Assembly (NCBI RefSeq): GCF_000181795.1
Contig: NW_003526948.1
Span: 3,194,621 to 3,258,620 of the forward strand
DNA length: 64,000 bases
Direction of reading: 5' to 3'
Source: Trichinella spiralis
Taxonomy: Eukaryota
The position numbers and the translations under genes are program-made. Of this stretch, positions 46,183 to 60,073 are shown piece after piece. Each line of letters starts with the position of its first letter. Position 1 is the stretch's first letter. The notes below the pieces were generated by a model. It ran no database searches and had not been told where the DNA came from. It worked only from the letters and a program-made list of their open reading frames with translations.

Positions 46183-46989
46183 GAATGCGCAATTATGAAT
46201 TTGTGCTAGAGGAAAGAACATTGAAAACAGTTGTCGCATATGTAAACATAGAAAGATTATCATATGAACATCATATGATTTAATGAATTTCACATTTTTA
46301 AGCACTTTCAGACAGATGAAATCTGTTGAAAACTAAAATGCGGAATTTTTCAGTTTAGATAGAATTAAAACAAAAATTTTGCCTGTTGTGCTTGAAGGTG
46401 AAAATTATCGATGAACTGTTCTATGATCAGAGAGAAAGACTGTCGCCTGCTTAAAAATCCAATTTTAAAATTGTCAGATTTAAAATCTCCACAAGTCTTT
46501 CTGTGGTTACTGGACATGTACAGACAGTTTTCAGTCCACGATGAAGGCATTAGTCACATAAGTTAAACAAAACTAGTCGCTTTATCACTATAAAATATTT
46601 TTTACAAGACATGTTCAGGTGATTCAAGATAGTAGAAAAATTTTCACACGTTTTACCAAAATTTCCACAACTATTTTTAAGTGATAATTTTACTTTATTA
46701 AATCATATATATGCATATGTATGTATGTATGTTTCTTTTCAGAATAATAAATTGTATACTCGATATGTGTTTACCAGTTTCATTATGAGCCGATAAAGTT
46801 GGAAGAATATTCATTTTTAGAACAGCGCACGCTTATTTACTATTGTATTCGATTTAATGTTCAATTTAAATACAAAACACAGAGAGTAATTTGTAAAATT
46901 CTAACAAATCAGTGATGTCGACTAAATTAAGAAACAAAGGAAATGAAAAAATATTGTAAATTTTCAAAAACAATCACAATTGAGTGTCA

Positions 46990-47589
46990 TCAAAAGGAAG
47001 AATTACCTAACCATGTAGAATTTGCATGAAAACTTTGTGGCCAGTAGTCGTAATAGGGACTGTTGCTTGCTGTGCAATGATGGTACGAGACACCAGTGGC
47101 CGATGTCGCTGTTGAATACTGGCATGAATTTGGAGTGTTTGGGAACATTTCAAACGGTCTGGATTGTAAAATGGACGTCAACCATGGATTCTGCTTTTCC
47201 AATGACAGTGGGGACGATTTGTCAGCTTTGTTCAGCATTCGTGGTGACTTTTCCTTCTTCTTCCTCGGCTTGTATTTGTAGTCTGGATATTCGATCGCGT
47301 GTAAAATGCGCAGACGATCCGCTTCTTCCATGAACGGGCGTCGGTCTTCGTCGCTCAGTTGGCGCCACAATTTACCCAACCATTTGCTCACTTCGGCGTT
47401 GTGCATTTCGGGCAGAATAGTTTTCACTTGTCGACGTTGAGCCTGCGCCCAGACCATGAAGCTATTCATTGGACGCTTTATACGATCTGGACTGCGCCGA
47501 CACTTTGTCGCATCTGTATAAGGGGTGTTTGAAAGTACAGTTCTATTGCAGTTAGTGATGTTTTGGGCAATCCTTTCCACAGAATGCAT
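46990..47589 (-). CDS. Intronless Sox HMG-box transcription factor, SoxC-like
   Basis: [13 protein letters not shown]...[16 protein letters not shown]...FMEEADRLR...[16 protein letters not shown] and YPDYKY.PRKK are typical of SoxC. Confidence 0.88.
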   Translation of the reverse strand: MHSVERIAQNITNCNRTVLSNTPYTDATKCRRSPDRIKRPMNSFMVWAQAQRRQVKTILPEMHNAEVSKWLGKLWRQLSDEDRRPFMEEADRLRILHAIEYPDYKYKPRKKKEKSPRMLNKADKSSPLSLEKQNPWLTSILQSRPFEMFPNTPNSCQYSTATSATGVSYHHCTASNSPYYDYWPQSFHANSTWLGNSSF

Positions 47590-50193
47590 ATCGAAAATTT
47601 ATTTCACTTTATTTATATTTCACTGATATACATATATGCATACACACATACATACATGTATATGTATGTGCTTGTGAGAGTGTATTTAAATACATACATA
47701 TATACATATATAAATATATGCACGTGTCTAATTATTGCAGACAAGGCAAACAAGTCTTCGTTGTTTGATTGCCTTTTAACAAAGCCGATGACGATATAAT
47801 CAGCCGTGATTCACTCACTGCTATACATCAATCAAGCTTATCGACCATTGTTGTGATCCTTAAAGATGACAAGCATGTGAATCGGGTCGAAAGAACGCCA
47901 CTGCAGCAAGTTTGGTTTTCCATTGAAAACTACTTTACTAAATTCATATAGTTTTTTTTAATTATAAAATCAGGGCAAAAAGACTCTTCTTCTTTGGCCA
48001 TGCTTTGCACACTGTACTACTTACTGTACTGCAGCTATTGTGCTGATTAACCTGAATATTTTTTTAAAAATATTTTTACATTTTATGCAAATTATTATTG
48101 ACATAATTTCATAAAATAATTTACAATTGTTTAAATTTAGATGTTTTGTTTATTTTTCATTTCAAATTCTCATTCATTCAAAAAGCAAATTATTATTTTA
48201 AAAATAGCAGATCTAACTAAATTCATTTTTTATTTTAAAAAATCAATGCGGAAATTGTAAACGAACTGCAATTACGATTGGCTTGTTAACACACTGAATA
48301 TGTATTGTTTACTTTCTGCTGAGAAGTAGTAAGCCTTGTTTGAAGTGCTTGATTGCTAATTTTTGATGTCGAAAATTAATTCGATAATTTATTGAAATAA
48401 TATTTTTTAAATAGTTTTTTTAAATCAACTATAGTTTTTTCTCTGTTTGCATCGTACAATTAGAAAAATAGTTTCAAAAAAGTCTGCCAAATGTTTGTTT
48501 CACTGACAGTTGCCAATTGCCAGCAGCAATACTGTAATTTGAACTACTGGGAAAATGGTGTTCGAGAGATGTCAAACGATGGAATCGGAGTGAATTACGA
48601 GCTTGCCTGGGGCGTCGTCCATCCGGGGATGGTGGTCATCAGAAGGGCCGTCCATGGTGAGTCATGGTCACGTGCTGTTTCTGGGGTGGCAGTCGTTCTC
48701 AGCACCGGATATCTTTACCCGCACAGTAAACGAACAAATAAACAAACAAACAAACAAACAGTTGAAAATAAATTCGACAATACACTTGATGGATCGGTTG
48801 CTTCGACCGGGTCTGTTATCGTTCATCACTTTCCACCGTCACAGGCTGCTTCAGCAAGACAAACTGGTCACAAAACAATTTCAGAACACGCCCACCGTGA
48901 CGAATCACTTTCCCACAAATTGCTACACTTCTTTCTCCAAGCTATTCATCTATTGACAAAAGAAGTATATTCTAAATGTTTTTTTCTTCAAATTTTAATT
49001 CAATGCATCTCCTCTCTTCTTTTTTTGTTGTTTCTTCTCTTTTGTTCTAACAATATGCTAATCACCGACACGCTGATATCAATAGCACAAAATTTACATA
49101 TTCACTCCCTGTTGACGTCATCAATTTCCTTCCAGGTGAAAAAGAGATTTCATCTCAATAAGAATAGAAAACAATTATCACAGTTATTATTTCATTTTTC
49201 AAAATCTGCAACACAAAGCTGTCTGTCTATGGCAAAAATAACGGAAAAATGCATTTGATCGATGGTGAGTTTCAGTCGGCGGTGAATGAGAGGCGTATAT
49301 TTAAAAAAAATTTCCATATCATTAAGTATACAGAAAAAGCGCTAGACTGAGAAAATAATAATTATAATTATAATGGAAGAAAAGAAAAAGATTAGCTGGA
49401 AAAAATTAACACTTTTTTTTCAATTTTCAAAACTCGTTTTATTTTTGACAAATGACATGATCAAATACAGTACAGGCAAGAAAAGCAGGCGCGAATTGCT
49501 CTTCTTTGTTGTATGTAAAATTCTTTTATTTATACCATCATCCATCATTGTTGGCTGGGAAAGAAAGGCGAAAAAGTGTTCATTTTTCATACACGCTTCA
49601 GAGTGGATTTTCCAAGTATGAATAATAAAAATAATAATAGTAATAATAATAATAGCAATGAAGTAATAAATAAAAAGGATGAGAAAAAAACACATTTGGT
49701 AAGGTCGACACCGATATCTCGGCATCGTCAACATCGGTTCTGAAAAGCAAAACATATATAAAAAATATTTTTCATTTTTTTTCTTGTTGAAAACAATATA
49801 TTGAAAAAAACATTTTTCTGAGATGATTACAAGACCACAGCAACTGACGGACAAGCATTGCAGCATATCGCAGTTGTTGTGTGATCGTGTAGACGCTGAT
49901 GGCAAAAAAAAGAACAATCCCGATAAGCACTGCTATAAAAAAAGGAAAAAAAACAGTATAAGCAGGGGAGGTGTGACGTATTTCATGACCATTGCTTAGG
50001 CGGTGCTTTGTTTTTGCTTCGTGTTGGTTGGAAGGAGAGAAAATAAAGACATGGAAAATTAGAAGCTATTCTAAACAAAAAATGTGCGCACAGCTTGCAC
50101 ACATGCCCATTCGATGTAGGCTAATGGATATGCGCTGCTAATTGTGTATATTCCTCTGTTGCGGCCGTAGATTTTGTTCAAATAATTTTCTGA

Positions 50194-50714
50194 TCAACTT
50201 TCATTTTTGTTCGCTCTGGTCTTCGCTCTGGCTCGTTTAAAGCAACAGCATCTGAAATGCAGTGGAACAATGTGATGCACAGTTGGATGTTGAAAAAACT
50301 GTGAAAAGAAAGAGGGAGAAAAAAGCAATAATTTTCTGCATACTTTGTATCACAGTCGCCAGAATCCATCTGAGGATTGATCGGCTGCTGAGAACGTACA
50401 CCGGGATCATCAACCACGTCGACCGTATTCGAATTGATCGCCTGTTGTTTCAAAATAATGCAATTAAAATAAACAACAATCAAACAAACAAATAAACATC
50501 ACTGAATCGCAGACCATTACTGAACTATGGTGCCTATCGTTGTGCAGAACGGCAAGCAGCGCGGTGGATTGTCGAAAGTTGCGCATGCGATCTTCGGCTT
50601 TTTGAGGATTGGATGACAAGCGCCTTTTTTCTGCTTCTTTCGACGAATTCGGCACCGCATCAGACAAGTGAAACGACGAGCTTGGCGTTGCCTTAAAGTG
50701 AGAAGCATATCAAG

Positions 50715-50749
<35 letters not shown>

Positions 50750-50922
50750 ATACTGCTTGGTTCAATTTGCTTGTCCAGTCAAATTCATTGTCGTAAGACC
50801 AACAGTTGCGATCCATGACTGATTTGAACAATTCCCAACAATAATCATAGTCTGGCGTTTCGAAAAAGTCCAAACGTCGAGAATAGCGCAAGTAGACGGC
50901 AAATTCTTCTACAAAACAACAG

Positions 50923-50954
<32 letters not shown>

Positions 50955-53900
50955 TTGTATATGTGTGCTTGCAGACAAAAAGGGCAAACCAATTTTACCT
51001 GGAAAACCTTCACATAACACTTCCACCGGAGTTGCCCGTTTGGTGTCACCGATTTTCTGATAACGTTCTTTTAAAGTGTCCGCTTTCAGACCTTGCCATG
51101 GCAAACTTCCACGAAGGAAATACATGAACATGTGCCCCAACGCTTCCAAATCGTCTCGGCGACTTTGTTCTATAAAAATGAAATTTTAAACACAAACTAA
51201 ATTAATTCGCTTCCATCTTTCTCATTCACCACATTATCTCAATGCATGCATGTATGCAACATAGCATACGCATATTAATTACAATGTAGTTGGAATACGC
51301 AATGTTGGAAAACTGAATATTTAAAAATTAGATTTAAAAAAGAGAATCTTTTCCTTAATCTATAAAAATAATAATAGCAAACTGATTGAACCCAATTACA
51401 TCTAAAATCAATTAAACATATATACTGTTTGCAAAGCATCAATTGATATTAGAAAAAAAAAGAAAGTTCAGTTTTCCACAAATACAAATAACTCGAAATG
51501 TTCTTCCCCTCGCTTTTTAATCTTCCCATTCATCAAAACTACGCACAAACGACGTTCATTGAGCAAAAAATCGTTGAAGCGTCAAAAGCAATTTCAATAA
51601 AACGCCAGTTATGAATTAAAAAGAAAAAAAGATTTTTTTTCTTCTTATGAATCTCTGAAAAGCATTGACAATCAACCTCTCATAATTGCACTTTCAAGCT
51701 TCGCTTGTTCTATTCTTCTCGGCTGTTCTTAGTCATCATCATCATCATTATTATTCATTATATTTTATCAGAAATAAGAAAAAAAACTAATCAGTATTGA
51801 AAATAATTCAAATTTGCACAAACACTACTCATATTATGCAAAAATGGCTATTGCATTTCAACGGGCTGGAAAAAGGTGCAGCAAGATTCCAATGAAGTGA
51901 AGAAAATCGTAATAAATTAAAAGATGGGGAAAAATCAAACTAAGAAAAAATCTTCAGCAAATAAAACTTCCACTTTACAAGAAGTGGTACCGCACTTTTC
52001 AAAAGCATCTAATTAATGTACGTTGAATCAATGCAATTTTCAATGGATAAAATTCTCCTCCCTGCGCGCAAGTGATTTTTTATCCAATTTTATAACAATC
52101 GATACATTTTCTGCGAGCTCGATTCACCGATATGTGTGTACCGCTTTTCACTCAAATCTTAATTCAATGGAACAAAACACAGAAAAACTTATCCCCGACA
52201 TCCTACTTGCAACCGTCAGCAACTACGCCTTGCCCCTCCCCCCCCCTCAAAAAAATAATTAAAATAGATAAATAACACTTTTTTTCATTAGAGAATTGTA
52301 AATTATCAGCGGAGTAGATTATTATGTGGCGAAGAGAATTTGTTGTTGTTTCAACAAATCCATTCATTCACCGCTTGAAAACAAGACTCATCTGCGATGC
52401 TTATTGATCCACTACTAAATATATATTATATATATATGGTAAACAATTCAAGCCAACTATTGACGGCCTGCTATTCGATTTGCCGTTTGACCCTGTTGGC
52501 AACAAGCATGCTTGCGAGTCTGAAAATCTCCGGCCCATGACCGAAATGCTATCGAAATTGCAACGCTGCTCAAAATGCAACTACTGCAGCTTGTTATGCA
52601 AAACCAACCAATTCAATTTCCAACCTCCGTTAATACTGAATTCCTAGTTGACACGAGCGTGATTTATTACAAGAAGCGAATTCGTTGTTCAAATCACTGG
52701 GCCCGTTTTACAACAACACATGCATATATTTATTTATTTATTTATTTATACAAGTAGGATATCCCAGTTGATTTCAACTTTCTCTCCTTCTATACAAACA
52801 CTTGTTTATCCATTTTTGTATGACGAATTTTTTCAAACCATTCTAAAATTCCGCGCCGTATAAACAGCTGCAGTTAATTGCTAAGCTATCACGCCAATCA
52901 ATTTCATCACCTCTGCTAGTGCAAAAGAAAAAGAGAAACAACAACACTGATAGGAAATAAATATGAAAATGCATTATGTAAATGTAGCTGCACCAGTAAC
53001 CATCAATAATAAGAATAGTGATAATAAATGAAACTGTTCTTTGTACACAGAATCGATCGAAAAGAATGGAAAGAGAGAGTGCATTTTTCGAAATAAAACC
53101 TCGCAAAGTTGTATCTGACAGAGTGTAAGCGAATTAATTCTATTTAAACATTGAAGAACTGAAACTATAAACAGCAAACACATGTGAACATGATGAAAGT
53201 CCGACAGCAATTAGCTGAGCCGTTCAGTGGAGCAGAAAAATTCAATTATACTTCTGCAACATGCAAATTGCGAACAGTGAACTGATAAAAGATTCAAAGA
53301 AAAAACTAACAACTAACAATAGTTATTTCAGAGAATAAAATACAGAAATAAATAAGAAAAACAAAATAGCCTACCTCGACCCAAATGAGTGTTGATGGAC
53401 ATGTATCTTGCGGTACCAGTCAACGATTTGTGCTCTCGGTAAGGGATGTGCTTGCTGGTGTCCGGATCGATGTACTCTTTTGCTAAGCCGAAGTCGATTA
53501 TGTGGACAATGTGTTGTTTACGAGTTGAGTGACGACCGATGAGGAAATTTTCCGGCTTCACATCCCGATAAATCAAATGCTTCGAGTGGACATATTCCAT
53601 GCGCCGTAACAGCTGCATGGCGATCATGCAAACCGTCTTCACCGAAAATTTTCTATCGCTAAGATCGAACAAATCTTCCAACGAGTGACCGAGCAGTTCC
53701 ATCACCAGAGCGTTATATTTGCCGCATGGACCAAAATAATGCACTTGGGGTATACCCTCTGCAAAAGCAAAAACACCATTAAATACGACAACAAATTTTC
53801 AATTATTTTTTCTTATTTTTGTCTGGTTGTTCCTTTTTCTACAAATTCAACATCAGCTATTGAAAGCAATCCTGTAAATCTACTTCCAAATTCGATAAAC

Positions 53901-55673
53901 CAATCCAGCAGATTAATAATATGCAAAAAGTTATGCTAATTTTTCACTGTGTCAATTGAGGAACAAATTGAAAAGCATTATTCACAGAACAAACGAGTGG
54001 AAGTCATTCTCTATAGGACGAGTTAAAAAGAAAAAATATGGAGAAAGAAAAAGAGGAATTCCATTTTTCCCACATTCAACAGACTGATATGCAGCGCATC
54101 GACGACATTCACGCAATATCCAGAAATTTTTCAACTGCAACAACGCTCCAATTGAGTAAAAATCAATCATAATTTTGGAAAAAAATTTTCAAATTATTCA
54201 ATCTTACTTCAATCATTTCAGGGTAATATTTCCCGATAGCGTCCAAACGCAGATTATAATAAATAACAGCCGCCAATTCACCAGTTAAACATTTAGGTCA
54301 ATTTCAACTTTTACCAAATATAAGAAAGGAGTTCTCGTTCGTGAAAATTTCTTATTCACTTTTATGAATTTTACAATTGAATGTATCACTATTCTTATCA
54401 TTATTATATTTAAAAATAAACCATTTTAAACCAACTTCAACGTGAAAATAAATAAATACGTAATTTTGAAAATTTGATCGAATAACAACTTTCATTCAAC
54501 TGTTGTAATAATAAACATGAACCAACCGCAATGGAATCGCACAAATCAATGCAGACCTCAGCTGAAACAGGGTTCGTTCAAATATGCATTTTCGAAAAAT
54601 GAGAAAAGATTAGTACCCCTGCTGAAAAACTAGTCAAACAGAAGAAATCGTTGGCATACTACATGAAAGAGAAAAGCAAAACAATTAAAGCATCCGAATA
54701 AAAATAAATGAAAATTATACTCGGCCGGTTTCACAAAAGCAACAACCAAAAAATTTTTGAATATTAAGAGAAAATATATTCTTTCATTCTTGAAAAATAC
54801 CAATAAAAATAAATGAATTTGAAATCTATGCACGGGTAATTTTTGTACTCTAAATTGGAACTAATTTCTTCAACATTCAACGCTTTCGAGTTTTCAACTA
54901 CGCTTCAGCTAACTTGATCAAATCCGGCTTGGCAACATTTCTGGTAGACGCCTTGCCGCTTATTCAACTTTTCCATCAAAATTGTATCGCTTCAAAATGA
55001 CCTTACGTCAAATGGCAAATGACAACAAAGAATGCGTTGCCAATAAGCAGGGCATAGAAAGAAGAAAATCTGTTTTCAAACTATTGCATTATATAGTCGC
55101 CTTCTTGCCTATGCTTTTTGCCAACATTCATTGTAATGAAAAGTTGTTTTAAAAAGTGCTTGAAAATCAGTTATTAGTGGACACGTGGCGGTGCCAAGGT
55201 GATCGATTGGTTCGGGCCATTTCCACATACATACGCGCATGTCAATCATGATCACAAGTTGCGAATAAGAAAAAATACATTTACGCTCAAAAAATGTGTT
55301 AAACTTGGAAACGGTAAAGCCGAAAAATTAAAATAAGTAATTATGATAAAATTCATACCTGACACACCAAGCAGCTTATAAAATCGAAATTCCAAATGCA
55401 GTTGAGGTGCCTTAGAGCGCATCGGTTCCAATTTGATCGCCACATGCTCATTGTTGTATAAGTTCTTGCCTTTATGAAAAAAAAATCAAATACTTAAAAC
55501 GCTAAAAATTTATCTTTTTCTACACATATACCTAATCTGAGTTCACCAAAGTTTCCGCATCCAATTTTTTTACCAACTTTAAAATTCGGACCGACCATGA
55601 GCACGCCGCAAGATGAAGACGCGGATGAGCCATGAGCACCAGAAGAACTGGTAGCCGTCCGGGACGTGGCCAT
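50194..55673 (-). CDS. csnk-1: Casein kinase 1 gamma
   Basis: [32 protein letters not shown]...[34 protein letters not shown] and [19 protein letters not shown]. The spliced C-terminus TK|CCCFKR is the CK1-gamma palmitoylation motif. Confidence 0.96.
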
Positions 55674-58268
55674 CGTCTCCCGAAATATAACAATGGAAGA
55701 CTATACTTTTCGGATTGAAGTTATCTAAAAAAAGAAAAACACAAATTGCTGAAACAGCAGCTCAACCCCATTCAGCTGATCATATTGCGCAAGAACCAAA
55801 GGCAAGAAAGCGCAAAAATCGGGAACAATAATGCAAATGCACAAGAAGCTTGTACAAGTTATCCTAAGAAATGTTTGAAAACATAAATAAAAATACACAA
55901 TGCATAAATTCCACCTCAACCCAATTGCCAGTATTCGGACTAGCCGTACAAGACGAGAAATTGTGGGAAAAATTCAGCAAAGACACACGCACACACAAAA
56001 TAGCAGTTGATCACAGCGAAAAAGAAATTCAAATGTGAAATGACCAAAGCCGACTGAACAGATCCGTTAAGTGAGACAGCACTCGTTTTGACAAACGAAG
56101 AAAGTCTGATTGTCAAGCAAGTCTCACCGACATTGAACACAGCTGCCGCATCAGACGTTCACTTACAAAGCAATCGTACATCTAAGGTGTACTGTAGGTA
56201 ATCAGGTATCATTTCTGAGTACCTCACTGCCGTCCTAATTTGGTGTCGCTACAATGCCTTGGTGACACGAACGCCCCCAAATATACTGATTGAAAATTTA
56301 ATGAAATTTATTGGCCAAACAGCGCAGCTAGCGAATGCAAACCAATAAACGAAAAGGAAAACAACGCAACAATAGGATGATGAAGTCAACCTCCGTCATT
56401 TTAGCTTCATATAATATAGAATATAGAATATTATATTATATTACATTATATAATATATTATATATTATATTATACACTATATAATGATCATTTAATACCA
56501 AATGGTACAGTTGCTGTGCACTTCTACTTTTGTTACTTATTTGTTAACAGACAAAATTTTATTATAAATTTTACCCAAAACAACCAGTTTTGTGGGACAG
56601 TAAAAAATTTTTATAGCAGGTAACAATCTTACCGTATGATCACTGCCATAATAGGTTCATCAAAAGGTCAGGTGTAATTGAAAAAGTGGAATGCAGGCTA
56701 TTGAAAACTGTTGTAAAAATGGAGAAAAAATCAAACAAAAATGTAATTTACGTGTTCACCTATTATACAGACGTTAAGCTGCATCATCGGCAACAACATC
56801 ATCAAATAAATAAAATACAACAAACAAATGCAAATGCACTTGGGAACGAATTACGAGAAAAAACCACTCTTTTAATACCCCCACGTTGTTGCTGCTTTTC
56901 GCGAGAAGAAAAGTTTCACAGACAATTTTGTCTATTGAAAAAAAATCTAGTTTGTTTCTATCGTAAATAAACGATGCGTGCACAAATGGGATAATGAAAT
57001 TTATAACGTTTAACAATAAAATGTACAACCTGTGCACAACTGTGCAAAATTTTCAAAATGAAAATTTTATTTTGAACCATTCGTTTGACATTAAGATGGA
57101 AAGCGTTGAATACGGTGCTCAAGTGATTCATCTCCCAAAAAGCAACATCTAGTTGAAAGGTTAAAAGAATTACACAAGGAACAGAAATTGAATTTTATAA
57201 AAGCGAGAAGTGTGAATACTAATCAATTGAAATAAATTGGAAAAGTCATTTGATCTGCTCATAATTGATAAAGAAAACAAACATGTCAAACAGATAACTA
57301 GTGTGAGATGAGATTTTGCGTTCTTAAAAGTAATAAATAATGACTGTTAATTTTTCACTGCTGCTTTAATTTATGTTTGGCTAGATGCAAGATTGAAATC
57401 ACACGTTAAAAAAAATCATAATCTGAAACTCGAAGCAGGAGAGACGTGAACAAAGAAACATATTCTAACGTAACAATTACCACAGCGCTTTACGACGTTT
57501 TATTAAAAATAAAATAAATAATAATTATGCATACCGTCATAAAAAGTTTTAGTGAGCAAGATATTCTTCTTCTACTTTTCCAACTCTGCTTTGCAAACTA
57601 ACGAATCACCGCAAACTTTCAAATAACAATGAAAACTGATGTACAGTATTCTTTGTGACTCTCATGTTAATAAAAATCACTGCAAAAGGAAAAGAAAATA
57701 AAAAATCACTGCAGTATCAGTGATATTTGATACAAGCATACAATCATTATCATATTACAATTGAACTGCTACTAATTAATATAAAAAATTTTGTAGCAGT
57801 TTTATCTTCATAATATATATATACTTATACTTCAATGTACTTGGTAGTTGAATATTTGCAATTCAATGCATTCATTCATCCGTGATAACTACGATTAGCA
57901 AGAACAAACACTGATTCATTATCATTTTGCAGTATATTATCATAAATAACGAATTTACGAGCACGTAAAATGTTAGCATTGTACAAAGTGCATTTATCGA
58001 CCAATAGGTTCATTCTTTTCTTTCTTCAACATTGATAAGATGCATTCTTGAACAGAATATTCATTGTTGAATGAAGCGTAGTTTATTTACCGGACGTGTT
58101 TCATCATGCTTGAAAAAGAACAACAACCATCATGAACTACGTAAAAGCTAGGCGAAAAAGAAACAAGAATATGCAAATAGGAATTATGAAATCAACAACT
58201 GAACGTATGATCAATCTATTGAAATAAATGTGATGAAAAGGAAAAAAAGGAAAAATCTACAAATGTCA

Positions 58269-60073
58269 TTAGTATAGTTTGAAAAATTGCGAATACATCA
58301 AAGCGTTGGCGTCGACCGCCTGAGCAACGCCGACTGTTTTGGCCGGATGCTTGCAAAGCAATATTGGCGTGTAGATGAAAAGCACCTCTTCGCGCATCCA
58401 GCTGGTTATTGGGTTGTGAGCGTTGAATCGGTACTTGCGGTCGGTGCTCTTATCGACCAGATGCACTTCGCTGACTCGAAGTTCCAGCGAGTCGAGATCG
58501 CCGCCAGATTTTTTCTGACCACAGGCTATTTCGGCTGCTGCCACAGCGCCAGCGGCCAACGAGGCGGCGCCGTTCGACCATTCAGTACCCCGGGTGGCGA
58601 TCATGTGGAACGTCAAACTGTGCACATAGACCCTACCGAGACGGAAGTATCGACGTTTGGAATTTTCTTCAGATTTCCTAGGACCGTATTCATGCAGCAG
58701 CCAATCCAAAATTTCCGTCGCCTTATGGGCGTGGATGGTGATCGACTTGAGCGGATACTGGTCCGCGTACGGTCCACCACCAACATGAGATATAATCATC
58801 AACTCTTGTTCAGAAAGTGCCAACGAATCCACGTAAGGTATTACCTGAAAATTGGCACAATATTAATAATCGGACAATTTTGTAGAAAAAGAAAGAACAA
58901 AAAAAGCACCTTGTGTAAAAGCATTTTCACGAATTCTTTGTTCGACATGTGGCCGAGTTCCAAATGGAAAGGTATCCGTCGTCTTGCTTGATTTAAATTA
59001 CGCTTAATGACAGTCAATTTTTCTGTCCAAAGTTCTTTCGCTTGAAATTCCAACAAATGCAGGCCAGTCAGCACTATCAGATCTGGTCGAAAGTTTGGAA
59101 TCGTGTTGAAGAACATGTCAATAATAATTGCGCTACTACTGAAAAAACAAACAAACAAACAATCGAATTAATTAATCGAATTGAAAAACAAACGCCTCTT
59201 ATATCAACCTGAAATGATCGTGAGATGTGATAAAGCGACTATAGCTGGGAGCGACGTAATCACCCCACGTCTCACCATATCGAAATTCCATGATCAAATG
59301 ATATTCGTCTCGAGCGATGACGGTCGAATTTTGCGTTGATATTCTCGGATGCAAAAGCGCTTTCAATTTTGGACCAATCGGACCGACCAGAACCACTTCG
59401 GCATGTTCGAAATCGGAAGCAATGTTGTGCGCTATCAAAGCTGCATTGCCTCCAATTGCAGCCTGAAATAGTTCCATTCACCAATTGTGCAGAAAGAACA
59501 AAAATCACAAATGCGCACAAATCACCTCGGCTGAAGACAGTTTCGTCTCGGCTACGCTGATCAGTTCGTTGAAAAGAGCCGAATTAGCTACAAATCGTTC
59601 AGTTGGAACTCCACGACTGAAGCTCAACGCGAACATCTCCTCCACTTGCTGTAAAGTTTGAATTTCGTGGTGATCAACCGCCGAACTAGGATGTACATTC
59701 AATCTGGACATCATCTGAGTACCCGAGACGATCAGATCCACATCACTGTTTATACTGAAATAGAGTAATCACTCAAATGACACGATTTGATGAAGTTCAA
59801 CACAAATAAACAACTAAATATGCCAATAATTACTTCGATTATACATTGTTCAAAATCAAAGCTAGTCCAATGAATGAAATCACCCTACCCGATGAGGATA
59901 TTCTTGAATTGGATAGAAGGCACTTGCATCATTTTTTGCCAAGATTTGATCAAAGCCTCTTCCATAAAAAAAGGCACTTTGTGATCAGGTTTCGTGTAAA
60001 CGCTGTACAAATAAGACACAAACGCAGCTGTTAAACCGGCTATTAGAAGCCGATTTGACGACGATTCAACCAT
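58269..60073 (-). CDS. ADPGK: ADP-dependent glucokinase homolog with degenerate catalytic motifs
   Basis: N-terminal hydrophobic anchor; G|INSDVDLIVSG, TERF, IGGNAAL, VGPIGPKL, DEYHLIMEF..GE.WG...AP..SRFITSHD, PDLIVLTGLHLLE, HLELG, RVYVHSLTFH and TPILLCKHPAKTVG; exons join in phase. Confidence 0.92.

Noticed and set aside
48491..49258. 255-aa plus-strand ORF
   Set aside because: It runs through an (AAAC)n tract and T-rich intergenic-like sequence and has no recognisable domain.
58287..58991. 234-aa plus-strand ORF
   Set aside because: Antisense shadow of the GC-rich last ADPGK exons.
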